A stretch of 64,000 nt of DNA from Clostridia bacterium (lineage in GTDB: Bacteria > Bacillota > Clostridia > CAKSNL01 > HGM11501): positions 87,764-151,763 of the forward strand of contig JAZQAZ010000030.1 of assembly GCA_045545475.1 (NCBI GenBank), read 5' to 3'. Both the position numbers and the translations under genes were made by a program. Position 1 is the first letter of the stretch, and each line of letters opens with the position of its first letter. The notes beneath the pieces are model-generated. The model was not told the origin of the DNA, ran no database searches, and saw only the letters and a list, made by a program, of their open reading frames with translations. Shown one piece after another: positions 9,540 to 21,300 of this stretch.

Positions 9540-10523
9540 ATGACCATTAAAATAGGTATCGCAGGCTACGGCAACCTTGGCAGAGGAGTCGAGTGTGCCG
9601 TCATGCAGAATCCCGATATGTCCCTTTACGGAATTTTCTCAAGAAGAAATCCCGAAACGGTGAAAACTTTAACGGGTGCTCCCGTTTATTCTATGGACGA
9701 TATTTTATCCCATAAAGGTAAAATTGACGTTCTTATAATCTGCGGCGGAAGTGCAACAGACCTTCCGGAGCAGACCCCCTATCTTGCAAAGCACTTTAAT
9801 GTAATTGACAGCTTTGACAACCACGCAAACATCCCCCGCCATTTTGCCAATGTTGATGCATCGGCAAAGGAAGGCTCCACCCTGTCAATGATTTCCGTCG
9901 GCTGGGATCCCGGTATGTTTTCCGTTAACCGCTTATATGCAGAGGCAATCCTTCCCGAAGGCAAGGACTACACCTTCTGGGGCAAGGGCGTAAGCCAGGG
10001 CCATTCCGATGCTGTACGAAGAATTGACGGCGTTATTGATGCAAGACAGTACACGATTCCCGTCGAGAGTGCCTTAAACGGTGCAAGAAGCGGCGAAAAT
10101 CCCGACCTTAGCACAAGAGACAAGCACGAGCGTGAAGTGTTTGTAGTGGCAGAAGAAGGTGCTGATTTGGCACGAATCGAAAACGAAATAAAGACAATGC
10201 CCAACTACTTTGAGCCATATAACACCACCGTTCACTTTATCACTATGGATGAAATGAAGAAAAACCACGCAACACTTCCCCACGGCGGATTTGTTATAAG
10301 AAGCGGAAAGACAGGGCTTTCAAAGGAACACAATCAGATTATTGAATACAGCTTAAAGCTTGATTCCAACCCCGAATTTACCTCCTCCGTTCTTGTTTGC
10401 TATGCAAGAGCGGTGTACCGTATGAGAAACGAGGGCATGACAGGCTGTAAGACCGTTTTTGACGTGGCACCTTCCTATCTTTCACCCAAGACAAACGAAG
10501 AAATAATTTCTCACCTTTTATAA
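9540..10523 (+). CDS. ddh: meso-diaminopimelate D-dehydrogenase
   Basis: IKIGIAGYGNLGRG, CGGSATDLP, SVGWDPG, TFWGKGVSQGHSDA, SNPEFTSSVL; ATG 9540 behind AGAAAGGG. Confidence 0.95.
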   Translation: MTIKIGIAGYGNLGRGVECAVMQNPDMSLYGIFSRRNPETVKTLTGAPVYSMDDILSHKGKIDVLIICGGSATDLPEQTPYLAKHFNVIDSFDNHANIPRHFANVDASAKEGSTLSMISVGWDPGMFSVNRLYAEAILPEGKDYTFWGKGVSQGHSDAVRRIDGVIDARQYTIPVESALNGARSGENPDLSTRDKHEREVFVVAEEGADLARIENEIKTMPNYFEPYNTTVHFITMDEMKKNHATLPHGGFVIRSGKTGLSKEHNQIIEYSLKLDSNPEFTSSVLVCYARAVYRMRNEGMTGCKTVFDVAPSYLSPKTNEEIISHLL

Positions 10524-10533
10524 GGAGGCTCAT

Positions 10534-11529
10534 ATGAAGGTTTTAAGGTTTACCGATTCGCCCATAAAGGTTTTCGGCGTTCCCTTCTTTAATGAAAACC
10601 AAAGGCTTGAAAGGCTTCCCGACAGCATAATAAAGGAGCTTCCTAATCTTTCTCATCTTGGCAAAAGATGCCCGGGGGCACGCCTTTGCTTTCGCACCGA
10701 TGCCGAAAGCTTTGATGTTAAGATAACCTTTAAGACATTGTCTCCCGACATCGGCATGAGCATCTATGCCTGCCAGAGTGCGGCGGTTTTGACAGGCGAC
10801 CGAAAAAGCTTTCGTTTTGAGGGCCTTATTTTCCCGCCCGATTATAACACGAAAACCTTTGGAAGAACGGTAAGAAAGTCTGCCGCTATGGAGGATGTTA
10901 CTATCTTTCTTCCGAGGAATGAAGTAATAGAGGACATCTCTCTTTCCTTCCCCGACGAAGCGGTGGTTTTAGCTCCTACACCCTACGATTACGGACCTAT
11001 CCTCTTTTACGGTTCTTCAATCACCGAAGGCGGATGCTGTCAGAACATATTTAACGGCTACAATGCAATTTTGTCAAACCGCTTGAATATGGATTATTAT
11101 AATTTCGGATTTTCAGGAAATGCAAAGGGCGAGCTTATCATAGCGGATTATATAAACACCATACCGATGAAGGCGTTTGTATATGACTATGACCATAACG
11201 CTCCCACGGTTGACCATTTAAGGGAAACTCACGAGCCGTTTTTCCTTCGTATCCGTGAGAAAAACCCTGACCTTCCCATAATTATGATGACACGTCCCGG
11301 TAAAACCGATTTATATGACGAACGTCGTGCAATCGTTAAGGCGACCTATGAAAACGCCCTTTCCCGCGGGGATAAAAATGTATATTTCATAGACGGGCAG
11401 ACCTTTTTCGGAGAAAACGACCGAAACCTTTGCACCGCCGACAACATTCACCCCAATGACCTGGGATTCTACCGTATGGCAAATGTAATTGAGCCTGTTA
11501 TAAAAAAAGCCCTCGGCATACAATTATAA
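10534..11529 (+). CDS. SGNH/GDSL hydrolase (esterase) with N-terminal extension
   Basis: FYGSSITEG, NFGFSGN, DHN and DNIHPND blocks. Confidence 0.85.
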   Translation: MKVLRFTDSPIKVFGVPFFNENQRLERLPDSIIKELPNLSHLGKRCPGARLCFRTDAESFDVKITFKTLSPDIGMSIYACQSAAVLTGDRKSFRFEGLIFPPDYNTKTFGRTVRKSAAMEDVTIFLPRNEVIEDISLSFPDEAVVLAPTPYDYGPILFYGSSITEGGCCQNIFNGYNAILSNRLNMDYYNFGFSGNAKGELIIADYINTIPMKAFVYDYDHNAPTVDHLRETHEPFFLRIREKNPDLPIIMMTRPGKTDLYDERRAIVKATYENALSRGDKNVYFIDGQTFFGENDRNLCTADNIHPNDLGFYRMANVIEPVIKKALGIQL

Positions 11530-11556
11530 TAACACCGCCAAATGTTTTTGTCTTTG

Positions 11557-11598
11557 CACAAAATTAAAAAACTATAACACAAAATTAAAAAATTATAA
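11557..11598 (+). repeat. 21-bp tandem duplication in the Dabb promoter region
   Basis: CACAAAATTAAAAAA(C/T)TATAA x2, 20/21 identical. Confidence 0.75.
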
Positions 11599-11616
11599 TA
11601 TATAAAGGAGATAGCT

Positions 11617-11916
11617 ATGGTAAAGCACATTATAATATGGACACTTAAAGAAATGTCCGATGAAGAAAAAGTAAAGGTAAAAAAGGACATCAAGGAAAAT
11701 CTGGAAGGTCTTAAGGGTAAAATTCCGGGCCTATTTGAAATCACCGTTTACACAGAGGCACTTCCCTCCTCAAACGCCGATCTTATTCTTGATTCAACCT
11801 TCCTTGATGAAGCTTCATTAAAGGGCTATGCAATTCATCCCGACCACGTTTATGTGGCAGATACCTTTGTCCGCCCCAATGTTCAGATAAGAAGCTGTAT
11901 AGACTACGAAATATAA
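11617..11916 (+). CDS. Dabb family stress-responsive A/B barrel protein
   Basis: MVKHIIIW.LK..LEGLKGKIPG..DLILDSTF..Y..HPDH..R.CIDY. Confidence 0.9.
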   Translation: MVKHIIIWTLKEMSDEEKVKVKKDIKENLEGLKGKIPGLFEITVYTEALPSSNADLILDSTFLDEASLKGYAIHPDHVYVADTFVRPNVQIRSCIDYEI

Positions 11917-11917
11917 T

Positions 11918-11960
11918 AAACCAAACCACCGCAAGGCAAAGCCTGCGGTGGTTTAGTTTT
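11918..11960 (+). terminator. Intrinsic terminator
   Basis: AAACCAAACCACCGCAAGGC-AAA-GCCTGCGGTGGTTTAGTTTT. Confidence 0.75.
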
Positions 11961-11992
11961 AATCAGCGTTCTTCTTTAAGCTCTGCTGTACC

Positions 11993-12080
11993 TGTCATTC
12001 TGAGTGGAGCGTCAGCGACCGAAGAATCTCTGTTCAACCGGTGCAGGAAACAGAGATCCTTCACTGCGTTCAGGAGGACA
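11993..12080. repeat. Inverted pair of TGTC/CGTC-type REP palindromes (REPIN/BIME-like)
   Basis: TGTCATTCTGAG..GAAGAATCTC (11993-12030) and inverted GAGATCCTTC..CAGGAGGACA (12053-12080); same family as 21859-22144. Confidence 0.8.
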
Positions 12081-12265
12081 GCGGGGTGGTTCAGGAGGAC
12101 ATTTGTGGCTCAGTAGGATAATGGGGTGGATTAGGAGGACAATGGGGTGGTTCAGGAAGACAATGGGGTGGATTAGGAGGACAATGGGGTGGATCAGTAG
12201 GATAATGGGGTGGTTCAAGATGACATTTGGGGCTCAGGAGGACAATGGGATAGTCCGAAATGACA
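12070..12265 (+). repeat. Tandem array of about 9-10 units of 19-21 bp derived from the REP end
   Basis: Consensus TCAGGAGGACA-ATGGGGTGG(A/T); units start at 12070, 12091, 12110, 12131, 12152, 12173, 12194, 12215, 12234, plus a degenerate last unit. Confidence 0.85.
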
Positions 12266-12342
12266 ATAATTTTAGTTCGCTGTTTACTTTTATAACCATA
12301 TTATCGATTTATGAAACGACTCCCGCGAAACTGGCGTTACAC

Positions 12343-12376
12343 AAAAAAACTCCGAGGCTAAGCCTCGGAGTTTTTT
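12343..12376 (-). terminator. Intrinsic terminator of the giant SLH gene
   Basis: AAAAAAACTCCGAGGCT-A-AGCCTCGGAGTTTTTT. Confidence 0.85.
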
Positions 12377-12378
12377 AA

Positions 12379-15300
12379 TTATTTACCTAAGTTCAGAAGT
12401 CTCTGAAGCATTGTTACAGCTTCTGCCTTTGTAGCGTTAGCCTTAGGTGCGAATGTACCGTCGGGATAACCGTTGATAATCTTCTTATCAGCTGCCCAGT
12501 TAACCTGGTAGTTTGCATAAGTAGCTATTTCAGCCTGATCTGCAAAGCCGGCTTCCTTAGAAATTGTCCAATCGTGACCCATGAGAGTTGCATAACGGTA
12601 AATCATTGTAGCCATCTGCTCACGAGTGATGTTTTCATAGGGTGAGAATGTGGTTTCTGTTGTACCGTTTGTAATACCGCTCTTAACTGCCCAAGCTACT
12701 GCATTTGTGAACCAGTCGCCAACACCAACGTCGGTGAAGTTGTGTGCACCGTCTGTGGTCTGTCCGGACATTAAGTAGAGAATCTGACAGAACTCAGCTC
12801 TTGTGATGTTCTTGTCGGGTTCGAACTTGCCTTCAGCTGTACCGTTTATGAAGTAAGCTACATACATTTCGCCAATGGTCTTTTCAGCCCAGTGACCCTG
12901 AATATCGGAAAGTTCGCTTGCACTTCTGATTCTTCTGTAATAGGGATAAAGTGTTACGTTTTCAATTATACCGGTATTTGCATAAGGTACGGTAAATGCC
13001 TCGTCAAGATACCAACCCATGAAGTCGTAGCCTTCCTTAGCTGCGGGAGCTGCTATTACTGTGCCGGTTGCCACCTTCTGAGTGCCGATGCCAACCAATG
13101 TGATTGTGTGCTGGTTAACATTTGCACCTGTTCCAACACCGCCACCGATAAGGCCTGTGCCGGAAGAAGAAGAATCGTCCTTACCGCCGCCGAGAGAAGG
13201 TTTCTTAGTGCCTTCGTCATCGCCGCCGGATTCCTTTGCTTCCCAAACTGCTGTGAATGTTACATCCTCTGCAACCATTGTGAATGTTTTGCCTGCCTTA
13301 TAGGTTTCGCCGTCGCTGGAAGCCTTCCAACCAACAAATGTGCTTCCTGTAAGCTTTAATTTGCTTGCAGGTAACTTGAAGGTTTCGCCTTCTGTGTAAA
13401 GGTCTGCTTCAGGAAGTGTTCCTGTTGCACCGTTTACATCCTCATATGTTACTGTGAATACGTCAACGCCTGCAGCAACTGCAAGGATTTCAATGTTGCC
13501 CTTTACGTTCTTAACAACTATTTCACCTGTAGCAGAATCGTAAGTGTAGTCCTGACCTTCCTTAAGTTCTGCACCATCCATAACAACGGTGATTTCTTCG
13601 GGAAGTTCTTCTCCTTCATCAGGAGTAAGAGTAATTACAGCATTTTCACCATAAGCAACCTTTGTGTCTTCGATTTCAGCTTCGAGCTTCTTAAGGTCAG
13701 CTGTAATCTTAGCATAACCTGCTTCGATTGCAGCAAATTCAACTGTTACTGTTGCATCGCCGAAGAGATCGTCGATTTCAAATTCCTGAGAAGCGGAACC
13801 TGTGTAAGTAATGTTACCGTCAAGGAGATTTTCTGTTACAACCTTTTCGGTAAATGCTATTTCACCAACTGTGCAGTGGCTCTTTGTTGCACTTGCGAAG
13901 GTTGAGTGAATTTCAAACTTGATACCGTCGATATAACCTACATCATTGAGAACAATTCTGTCAGTTACATCTGCTCTTACGAATTCGCCTTCTGAAAGAA
14001 GTACATCAAAGGTTTCACCACCGTCGGTCGAACCCCAAACCTTATACTTTCTTGCCTTCTGACCTGCATCGTATGCAGAGCCGTCAGAGTTAAGTCTTCT
14101 TGTATGACTCATTTCAGAAATCATCATAGGCTCATCGAATACGGCTGTAATCCAGTAAGGACCGTCGGAAAGCAGATGAGTGGGGTTGGGAGAACCTGTT
14201 GTCTTGGTCTCATATTCAGAATGCCAGTATGTCTTGTCATCTCCGTCAAAGGCCTTACTTGCAGGTTCCATTGCATTGATTGCATCAAATACCCAATCCT
14301 TCTTATCGGTAACACGAACATACTTAACTGTATCTTCGCCCTTACCTTCAAGTGTCCAGCCAGCGGGCTCATAGCCTGCTGCGCCTTCAGCTACGAATAC
14401 AAGGTTTTCGTGTCTTCCTACCATGGAGCCTGATGCAACTTCTTCTTCAACCTCTTCACCTGTTGCCATATCAGTGTATCTTACAACAGCCTTGAGTGTT
14501 CCGTTTGCACCTGCTTCATAGTTTACTTCATATTCTTCAGCTTCAGCAATTGTTACGGGAACGAGTATGTCCTTACCTACGGCAAAGCCTACGGAAAGAA
14601 CTATTTCGTCGCCTGCATCGTAACCGCCGTCGATGAAGAAGTACTTGGAAATTGTGAAGGATTCTTCGTCACAGAAGTAGTAAGCGGAATTTACGGGTAC
14701 TAAAACGTCTTCTCCGTCTTCTTCTGTTACGATAGAGATTGTGCCGAGTGTGATGGAGTCATTCCATTCAACATTGAATGTAAGGTCTTCAAGTGTTGCC
14801 AGGCTGTATGTTGCTGCACCGGGCTTGATGTCTGCTGCCTTAAGGTCTGCATTTGCGCTGGAAGGCTCATAGAGACAGATTTCTTCAACACCGATGGGTT
14901 CCCATGCACCGTTCTTTGTGGGATAGATTCTTACATATCTAGCACTTACGTTTGTTGGTACTCCATCAATGATAAGCTTCATGTCTTCGTAAGCATTTCT
15001 GCTGTAATTAAGACTGTCAAGGTTGCCTGTACCAAAGGTCTGAACATCAGACTTAACCCAGTTAATACCGTCATTGGATACAGCCATATAACCTTCCTTG
15101 ATAGAAGTGAAGTACTGTCTTACGCCCTTATCCTGCCATACTCTGTTATAAATTCTTACACCGGAGAACTCATGAGGAATCTTATAGTCAACCTCGAAGT
15201 AACCGGGGCCTTCGTTCCATGTTCCTGCTGTTCCGTAGAAGAGAGCATGGGGAGCAATTGTAAGGTCAATTGTCTCATAGTCATTGTTCTTAAGAACGCT

Positions 15301-18300
15301 ACCGTCAGACTTTGTTGTTATCTTTCTGTCTGTGATGCTTGAAATGCCGTCACCCTTTACTGTACCAACAATAACACGTGCTTCATGCTCATAATGATAA
15401 GGTGTTACTTCCTGTGCGAAGATTTTCTTGGAGAAGTCCATATACTTAACAGTAACTGAACCAACCTTACCTGTGGAGGTTTCGATTGCAAGAATCACGT
15501 TGCCTTCAGCTGTGATTGTGTTAAGGGTCTCTGCCTTAATTACGATTGTATCTGTTTCAGCATCATACTCATACTGAGAAGCTGTAAGTGTTGCAGAACC
15601 AAGAACAACCTTGGAGATTGTTGCATCGCCGATATCCTCGATGGAAATTTCGATTTCCTCATCTGTTGCATTAATGTCCTTCTTAACAGTCGCATCGCTT
15701 AATACTGCGAGAGCGGGCTTTAAGAAGTGGATTGTATCAGCAGTGGGATAGTTTGCACTGGGTATATTGATTCTGATGTAACGGAAGGTGGAATTCTGGT
15801 TAAACTTCATTACATAAGCACCAGCTGCACCGGCTGCTGTACCTGTGTAAAGTTCTGTCCATGTTGCATAGTCATCAGAACCGGAAATTATTACCTTGCC
15901 CCAGTCAGCGTTGTTTGCACGGGACTGATAACGGATACCGCCAACTTCTTTCACGTCTGTTCCCATATCAACATCGATATAGTGATTTCTGGTATCGGGA
16001 GTTGCACTTCCGTTTACAGAAGTATATGCACCGTGATAGTTCTGCTGGTGCTGTACATTCTTTGCAGCCTTAACGAAGGTGTTTACGGGATGCAGGCCGG
16101 GATTTGCCGCATTGTTTCTTACCTTCCATGTAGCACCTGTTGCAACTTCGTCAGCAAGGAACGTTGTTGTAACATCAGAGCTTACCTGATACCACTGGGC
16201 ATAAATCTTAACTGTGTATACCTTTGTTGTATCATCTTCAAAGGTTACTGTAACGGGCTGTTCATAACCAACAGTCTCGTCAGCACTGAGCTTTGCATAA
16301 ACATCTGCTGCAGGCTTGAAGTGGTATCTCAAAATTGTGATTTCTGTGGGATTCTGTGCGAATTCAACAGCAGTAGTTCCAACAGCAACGTTCTTTACAG
16401 TCTTACCTGTTGCATTTGTGAGGGTAAGTGTTCCGGAACCGTTGTAGTTATCTCCGCTTGTCAGCCAGTATTCCGCAACAGAAAGGTCTTTTACGTTTAA
16501 CTTAACCTTTGCAGTTTCGCCGGATTCGAAGGAGATTTCAGCTTCGTATTCGCCAACCTCAAGGCTTTCAAGATATTCCTTCTTGAAGGTGATGCCCCTT
16601 GTTCCGTCAAGAACATAGTCTGTATCAGCAGTGATTGTATCAGAGCCAACCTTTACGCCTGTTACGGCATAGGTGTTGTCAGAGTTGAATGTTCTTGTTG
16701 CATCTTCAATGTCTTCAGAAAGGTCAACGTTGATGTCGCCGCCGATTACTCTTGTGGAAGCAGCAATGAATACGATTTCGTGAGTGAACATAAAGCTGTG
16801 TGAATTCATATTCTGATAACTGTCAACGTCAACTCTTGCATAACGGTATGTTGCATTGTCCTGAAGGTCAACCTGTGCTGTCTTTGAGTTGTTGCCGGAA
16901 ATGCTTCCGAGCTTTTCCCATGTAACAAGGTCGTTTGAACCGTAGAGGCTTACATCTACCATATTATAGTTCTTATCTGTGATGCGCACGCCGGCAAACT
17001 TTGTTGCCTTGCCGAAGTCAACCCATGTTGAGTAGGGACCTACTGCACGGGCAAAGTGCTGTTCGCCCTTTTCTGCACCTGTTTCATCATAATATGTTGA
17101 TGTCCAGGACTGGGAGTTTGTAGCATCGCCGTAGTTACCGTTGAACCAGTTTGCAGCTGCATGAGCAAGGGATGCACCGCCGTTTGTTGTTATCTGCCAG
17201 CCTGTGGGTGTGATTCCGTCAGCATCTGCTGCTGCAAGAGCACCGTTTACTGCTCTCCAGGTATAGTTTGCATTAAGAACGATTTCCTTGGTTGTGCCGT
17301 CGGAAAGAGATACTTCAACAACGTGCTTTCCGGGGCCGTTATTTGTGATTTCACGAACGAAGAAACCATTGAAGGTGTTTTCTGTTACTTCGTCACCTAC
17401 TGCGATGCCGAGAGTAGCATTTGCTTTTCTGAACTTGTAGTAATTGCCGCCGTTATTGTGGCTTGTGATACTGTTCTGAGTGGATGAGTAGAGCCACTTT
17501 CTGTATTCTTCGCTCTTATAGTAGTTACCGCCGAGGGTAAGTGTGATTGTGCCGTCACCGTTTGTAACTGCCTTCCACTCGTCAGCAGTGTTTGTAACTT
17601 CTTCACCGTTATACTTAACGCCTGTAACTGTTACATCGTTAGCAGCTGTGTAAAGCTTGTATTCAAGTGTTGCATAACCAAGCTTACCGCTTGCAGAATC
17701 GGTAGGATCGATGCTTCTTACAAGACCTGCTAAAGCTGCTTCTGCCTTTTCAAGGTCTGAAACATTGATTGTTGCCTTATCTGTATCAGAAAGTGCATCG
17801 TAAATTTCACGAAGGTCTGCTACTGCATCAGCATCGTCAGCTGTTACTTCGGAAGCGGGAAGCTCTGCAATCATATCGTTGAGCTCAGCTCCTGCGAGTG
17901 CAAGCCAAGCAGCTTCTGCATCCGTTAATACATCATAGTTTTCTACTGCAGCCTGAACAGCGGGAGCTAATGCATCATAAGCCTTACGAGCAGCGTCGAT
18001 TGCAGTTTTGCTTTCCATTGTGATGGGTGTGCCGATTGCATTAATTAAGGTTTCAACAGCTTCAGCCTGAGCTGCAAGTGCTGCTGTGATTTCAGAAGGA
18101 GTCTTTGTATCAACGCCTGCCACAGAATTAAGAAGTCTTACTTCTTCAAGTGCCCAGTGCTTACTCTGAGATACTGTGCAGTGAACCTTAATATAACGTG
18201 CCTTTATGTTAAACTGAGTTCCGCCGAACTTAACTTCAGGAATTGCAGATATAACAGCAGGAGATACTGTTATCTTGTCAGAAGAAATCCAGTTTTCGCC

Positions 18301-21300
18301 GTCTTCAGAAACGTAGATATAACCTTCCTTGAAGTTCTGGTCACCGTTTACTCTCTGATAGAGACGGATTCCTGAGAATTCATAAACCTTACCAAGGTCA
18401 TAGTAGAGATATACAGAATCGCCGTTATAGGGTGTTGATTCCTTAGCACCTATGCAGAAGTCGTGGTGAAGCTGTCTTGTAGGAACGCCGCCACCGGGAG
18501 TACCAAGGCTTATGAACTCATCACGGGTGATATAGTCACCGTCCATAATTATGCCGCCGCGCTCTGTTCCGTGCTTTACTGTGTCAGCTGCGCCTTCCTT
18601 AACAACATAAGTTGCAGCAGTACCCATGGGATAACCCATAGAAACTTCGTCATTGGGGAAGGTAACCTTGGGAGCAACGGGCTTTAATACCTGAAGCTCT
18701 GTAATGTTTGTATAGGATGTATTTCCGTCAATGCCGGAAACAACGATAAACTTAATACCCTTGAACTTGTTGTTTCTTCCCTGTGCGAGATAAGCTTCCT
18801 TATATTCTTCCTTGGTTCCGGAAGTGAAGCCGAGCTTTGTTTCGCCAAGAATGTCAACCCAGGTGGTTCCGTCGTAAGTACCCTGCATCTTTATAGTGTT
18901 TGCAGAAGCACCGCCCTGTACTGTTCTGGGGAATACTCTTACGCCGCCAACTTCCATTTCCTTATCGAAGATAATGGTAACGGACTTGTCGCCGTCAACT
19001 GCTGAATGCCAGCAGTTACCCATATCACCGTAATAGGTTCCGTCGTAAAGCTTTGTTACATTGTGAGTTGCACTGAACTGGCTTCCTGCGGTCCAGGTCC
19101 AGTCAGAAGCGTTGGTGTAGTAGTCATCAAGAACTTCTTCGCTAAACAATTCCTCGAATTCCGATACTGTAAGAGCTTCCTTGCCCGCAACGGGATCGAT
19201 AAGTCTTAATTCTGATGCTGACCAGTGAACATTTCCGTCACTAAGACCAGTCTGAGTTGCTTCAACCTTTACATAACGAGCCTTAACGTTACGAACTTCA
19301 CCTTCGGCTGTTGCTGTCGCATCAAATAAGCCTGTAGTTGTATCAAGTGCTGTGGAAAGCTCAGCCTGTACCCAGTCTGTTCCGTTGTCGGATACATAGA
19401 GATAACCCTTTGACATTGTCTGGTTTGCCCATACGGCACCCGAGGTATTCTTTCTGGGATATACTCTGATACCGGAGAAGGTCTGCTCTGCACCAAGGTC
19501 AACTATAAGCCATGCAGTCTTGCCTTCAGCGGGGTATAATGCATTATTTATTTCAGCATGGTTGTTTGCTTCGGGACGGATACCATCTGTAAGAAGACCA
19601 AGGTTTGCCATGGTCTTGCCTGCTGTGGAGCCACTTGTTACATTCCATAAGGGATAAGTTGTAAAGTCATCATCTTCGAAGGGAGATGTGTAAGCTACGG
19701 GCTTTAATATCTGAAGCTCAACAATGTTGGTGTGAGCGGTTGTGCTTCCGCTTGCATTCTTTTCAACAACGTAGCGGATGCCCTTAAACTTATTGTTAAG
19801 CTCGCCGCTTAAGAGGTTTGTGCCCTGCCATACGCCATCTTCTGTTGTAACGTCATTATCTGTGCCCGAATTAAGACCGGTCTTCAAATCATCGGCAGCA
19901 ACAAACCAGTTTACACCGTCATAGGTTGCTTCAATTCTTACAACGCCGGGGTTACCGCCGTACTGAATTGCTCCGTTTGTGGAGTCGTGACGACCGTAAA
20001 CTCTGAAACCGCCAACATCAATTGCGGTTTTGAACATTACCGTAATTGTTCTCTGCGCTTCTGTAACGGGGCTTGTTGCAGAAGAATGCCAGTAGTTAAG
20101 GTTATCGTTAGACGGGTGTTCGCCGGTTGTCTCACGCCAATCTCCTACGTTATCTATAACACCGTCAAATGCTTCTGTAACTTCGCAGCCTACCTGCCAT
20201 ACGGATCCTGCTTCCATAGATTCGAAGTATGTAGAAGGATCGTAATAAGCTACCTTACAATCTTCTGCAACAAGTGTATCAAGTCCACCATCAGCATCAA
20301 GCATAACGATTTCTTCAATATCAAACTGACCGTGAGCATTTACAGCTAATACACGGAACTTGATATAACGCGCTTCAATGTTTACAGCTTCGCCATCAAA
20401 TTTGAAGTCGAAATCACCGTACTGAGGTGTAACCTCTGTTGTACGGGTTGTACTTGCCTTATCAAGGTCTCCCCAAGTTTCGCCGTCTTCAGAAACCTGA
20501 ATTTCAAGTGTTGTTGCCTTTCTTGCCTTCATACCTCTCGCCTTCTGGCTGTCCATAAGTCTGATACCGGAGAAGGTTTTCACAGCGCCCAGGTCAATCT
20601 GAAGGGTTGTTGCATTGGTACCCTGATTTGAAATCCAGCCCATTGCACCTTCGGTAGCACCGCCGATGGCAGGATATACGTCAAATCCGCTGTTTGTGGA
20701 GGCACCGGTCTTTACGCCTTCGGTATAAAGTCCGTTATAGGTGGATGCAATTTCATACTGATGGCTGCCTGCTGTCTTTGTAACAGTTGCGCCTGTAAGC
20801 TCTGTAAGATATGTAACACCGTCGCCTTCAGCGGGAACAAGAGCTTTCGCTGTTACGCCTTCTACATTTGTTGCAGAAAAGTCCTCGGATGTGAGGGTGT
20901 CGTTTGCATCGTTTTCGTCAAGAAGAACGATTTCTTCTGCTTCCCATTCCCATTTGTTAACTGCGGTTACAACAAATTTGAAGTAACGTGCAGTCACATT
21001 TACAGCTGTAGAATTTTTCTTGAATGCAAAGTCTCTGTATTTAGACGCAAAGTCTTCATTTGTTGCATTGTCAAGAGCATACCAAAGCACACCGTCAGAA
21101 GATACTGACAGCGAAAGAGTCTTTATCTTTCTTGCATCTAAGTATCTTGCTCTTGAAGAGTCGTAAATACGGATACCGGAGATAGTCTTTGCTTCGCCCA
21201 TATCAACGGTTATAACATTCTCATTGATACGGCCCAACATACCTGTTGGTATACCGCCGGCATCCCAGATGCTTTCTTCATCATTGGTGGTGTACTTACC

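Noticed and set aside
9380-9540. Lysine riboswitch upstream of ddh
   Set aside because: The predicted promoter leaves a leader of only about 25 nt, and the region is AT-rich without the conserved structure.
12070-12265. Possible CRISPR array
   Set aside because: The repeat is only about 11 bp, spacers are 8-10 nt and mostly similar to each other, and no cas genes are present. It is a REP-derived tandem repeat.
12004-12378. ORFs 12004-12378(+) and 12012-12218(-) with MGWIRRT / NHPIVLL heptads
   Set aside because: They are translations of the 21-bp repeat and REP, with no credible start context.
12892-21108. Many plus-strand ORFs up to 257 aa opposite the giant gene, and similar antisense ORFs elsewhere
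   Set aside because: Cys/Ser-rich shadow frames expected from biased codon usage on the coding strand; no RBS or recognisable motifs.
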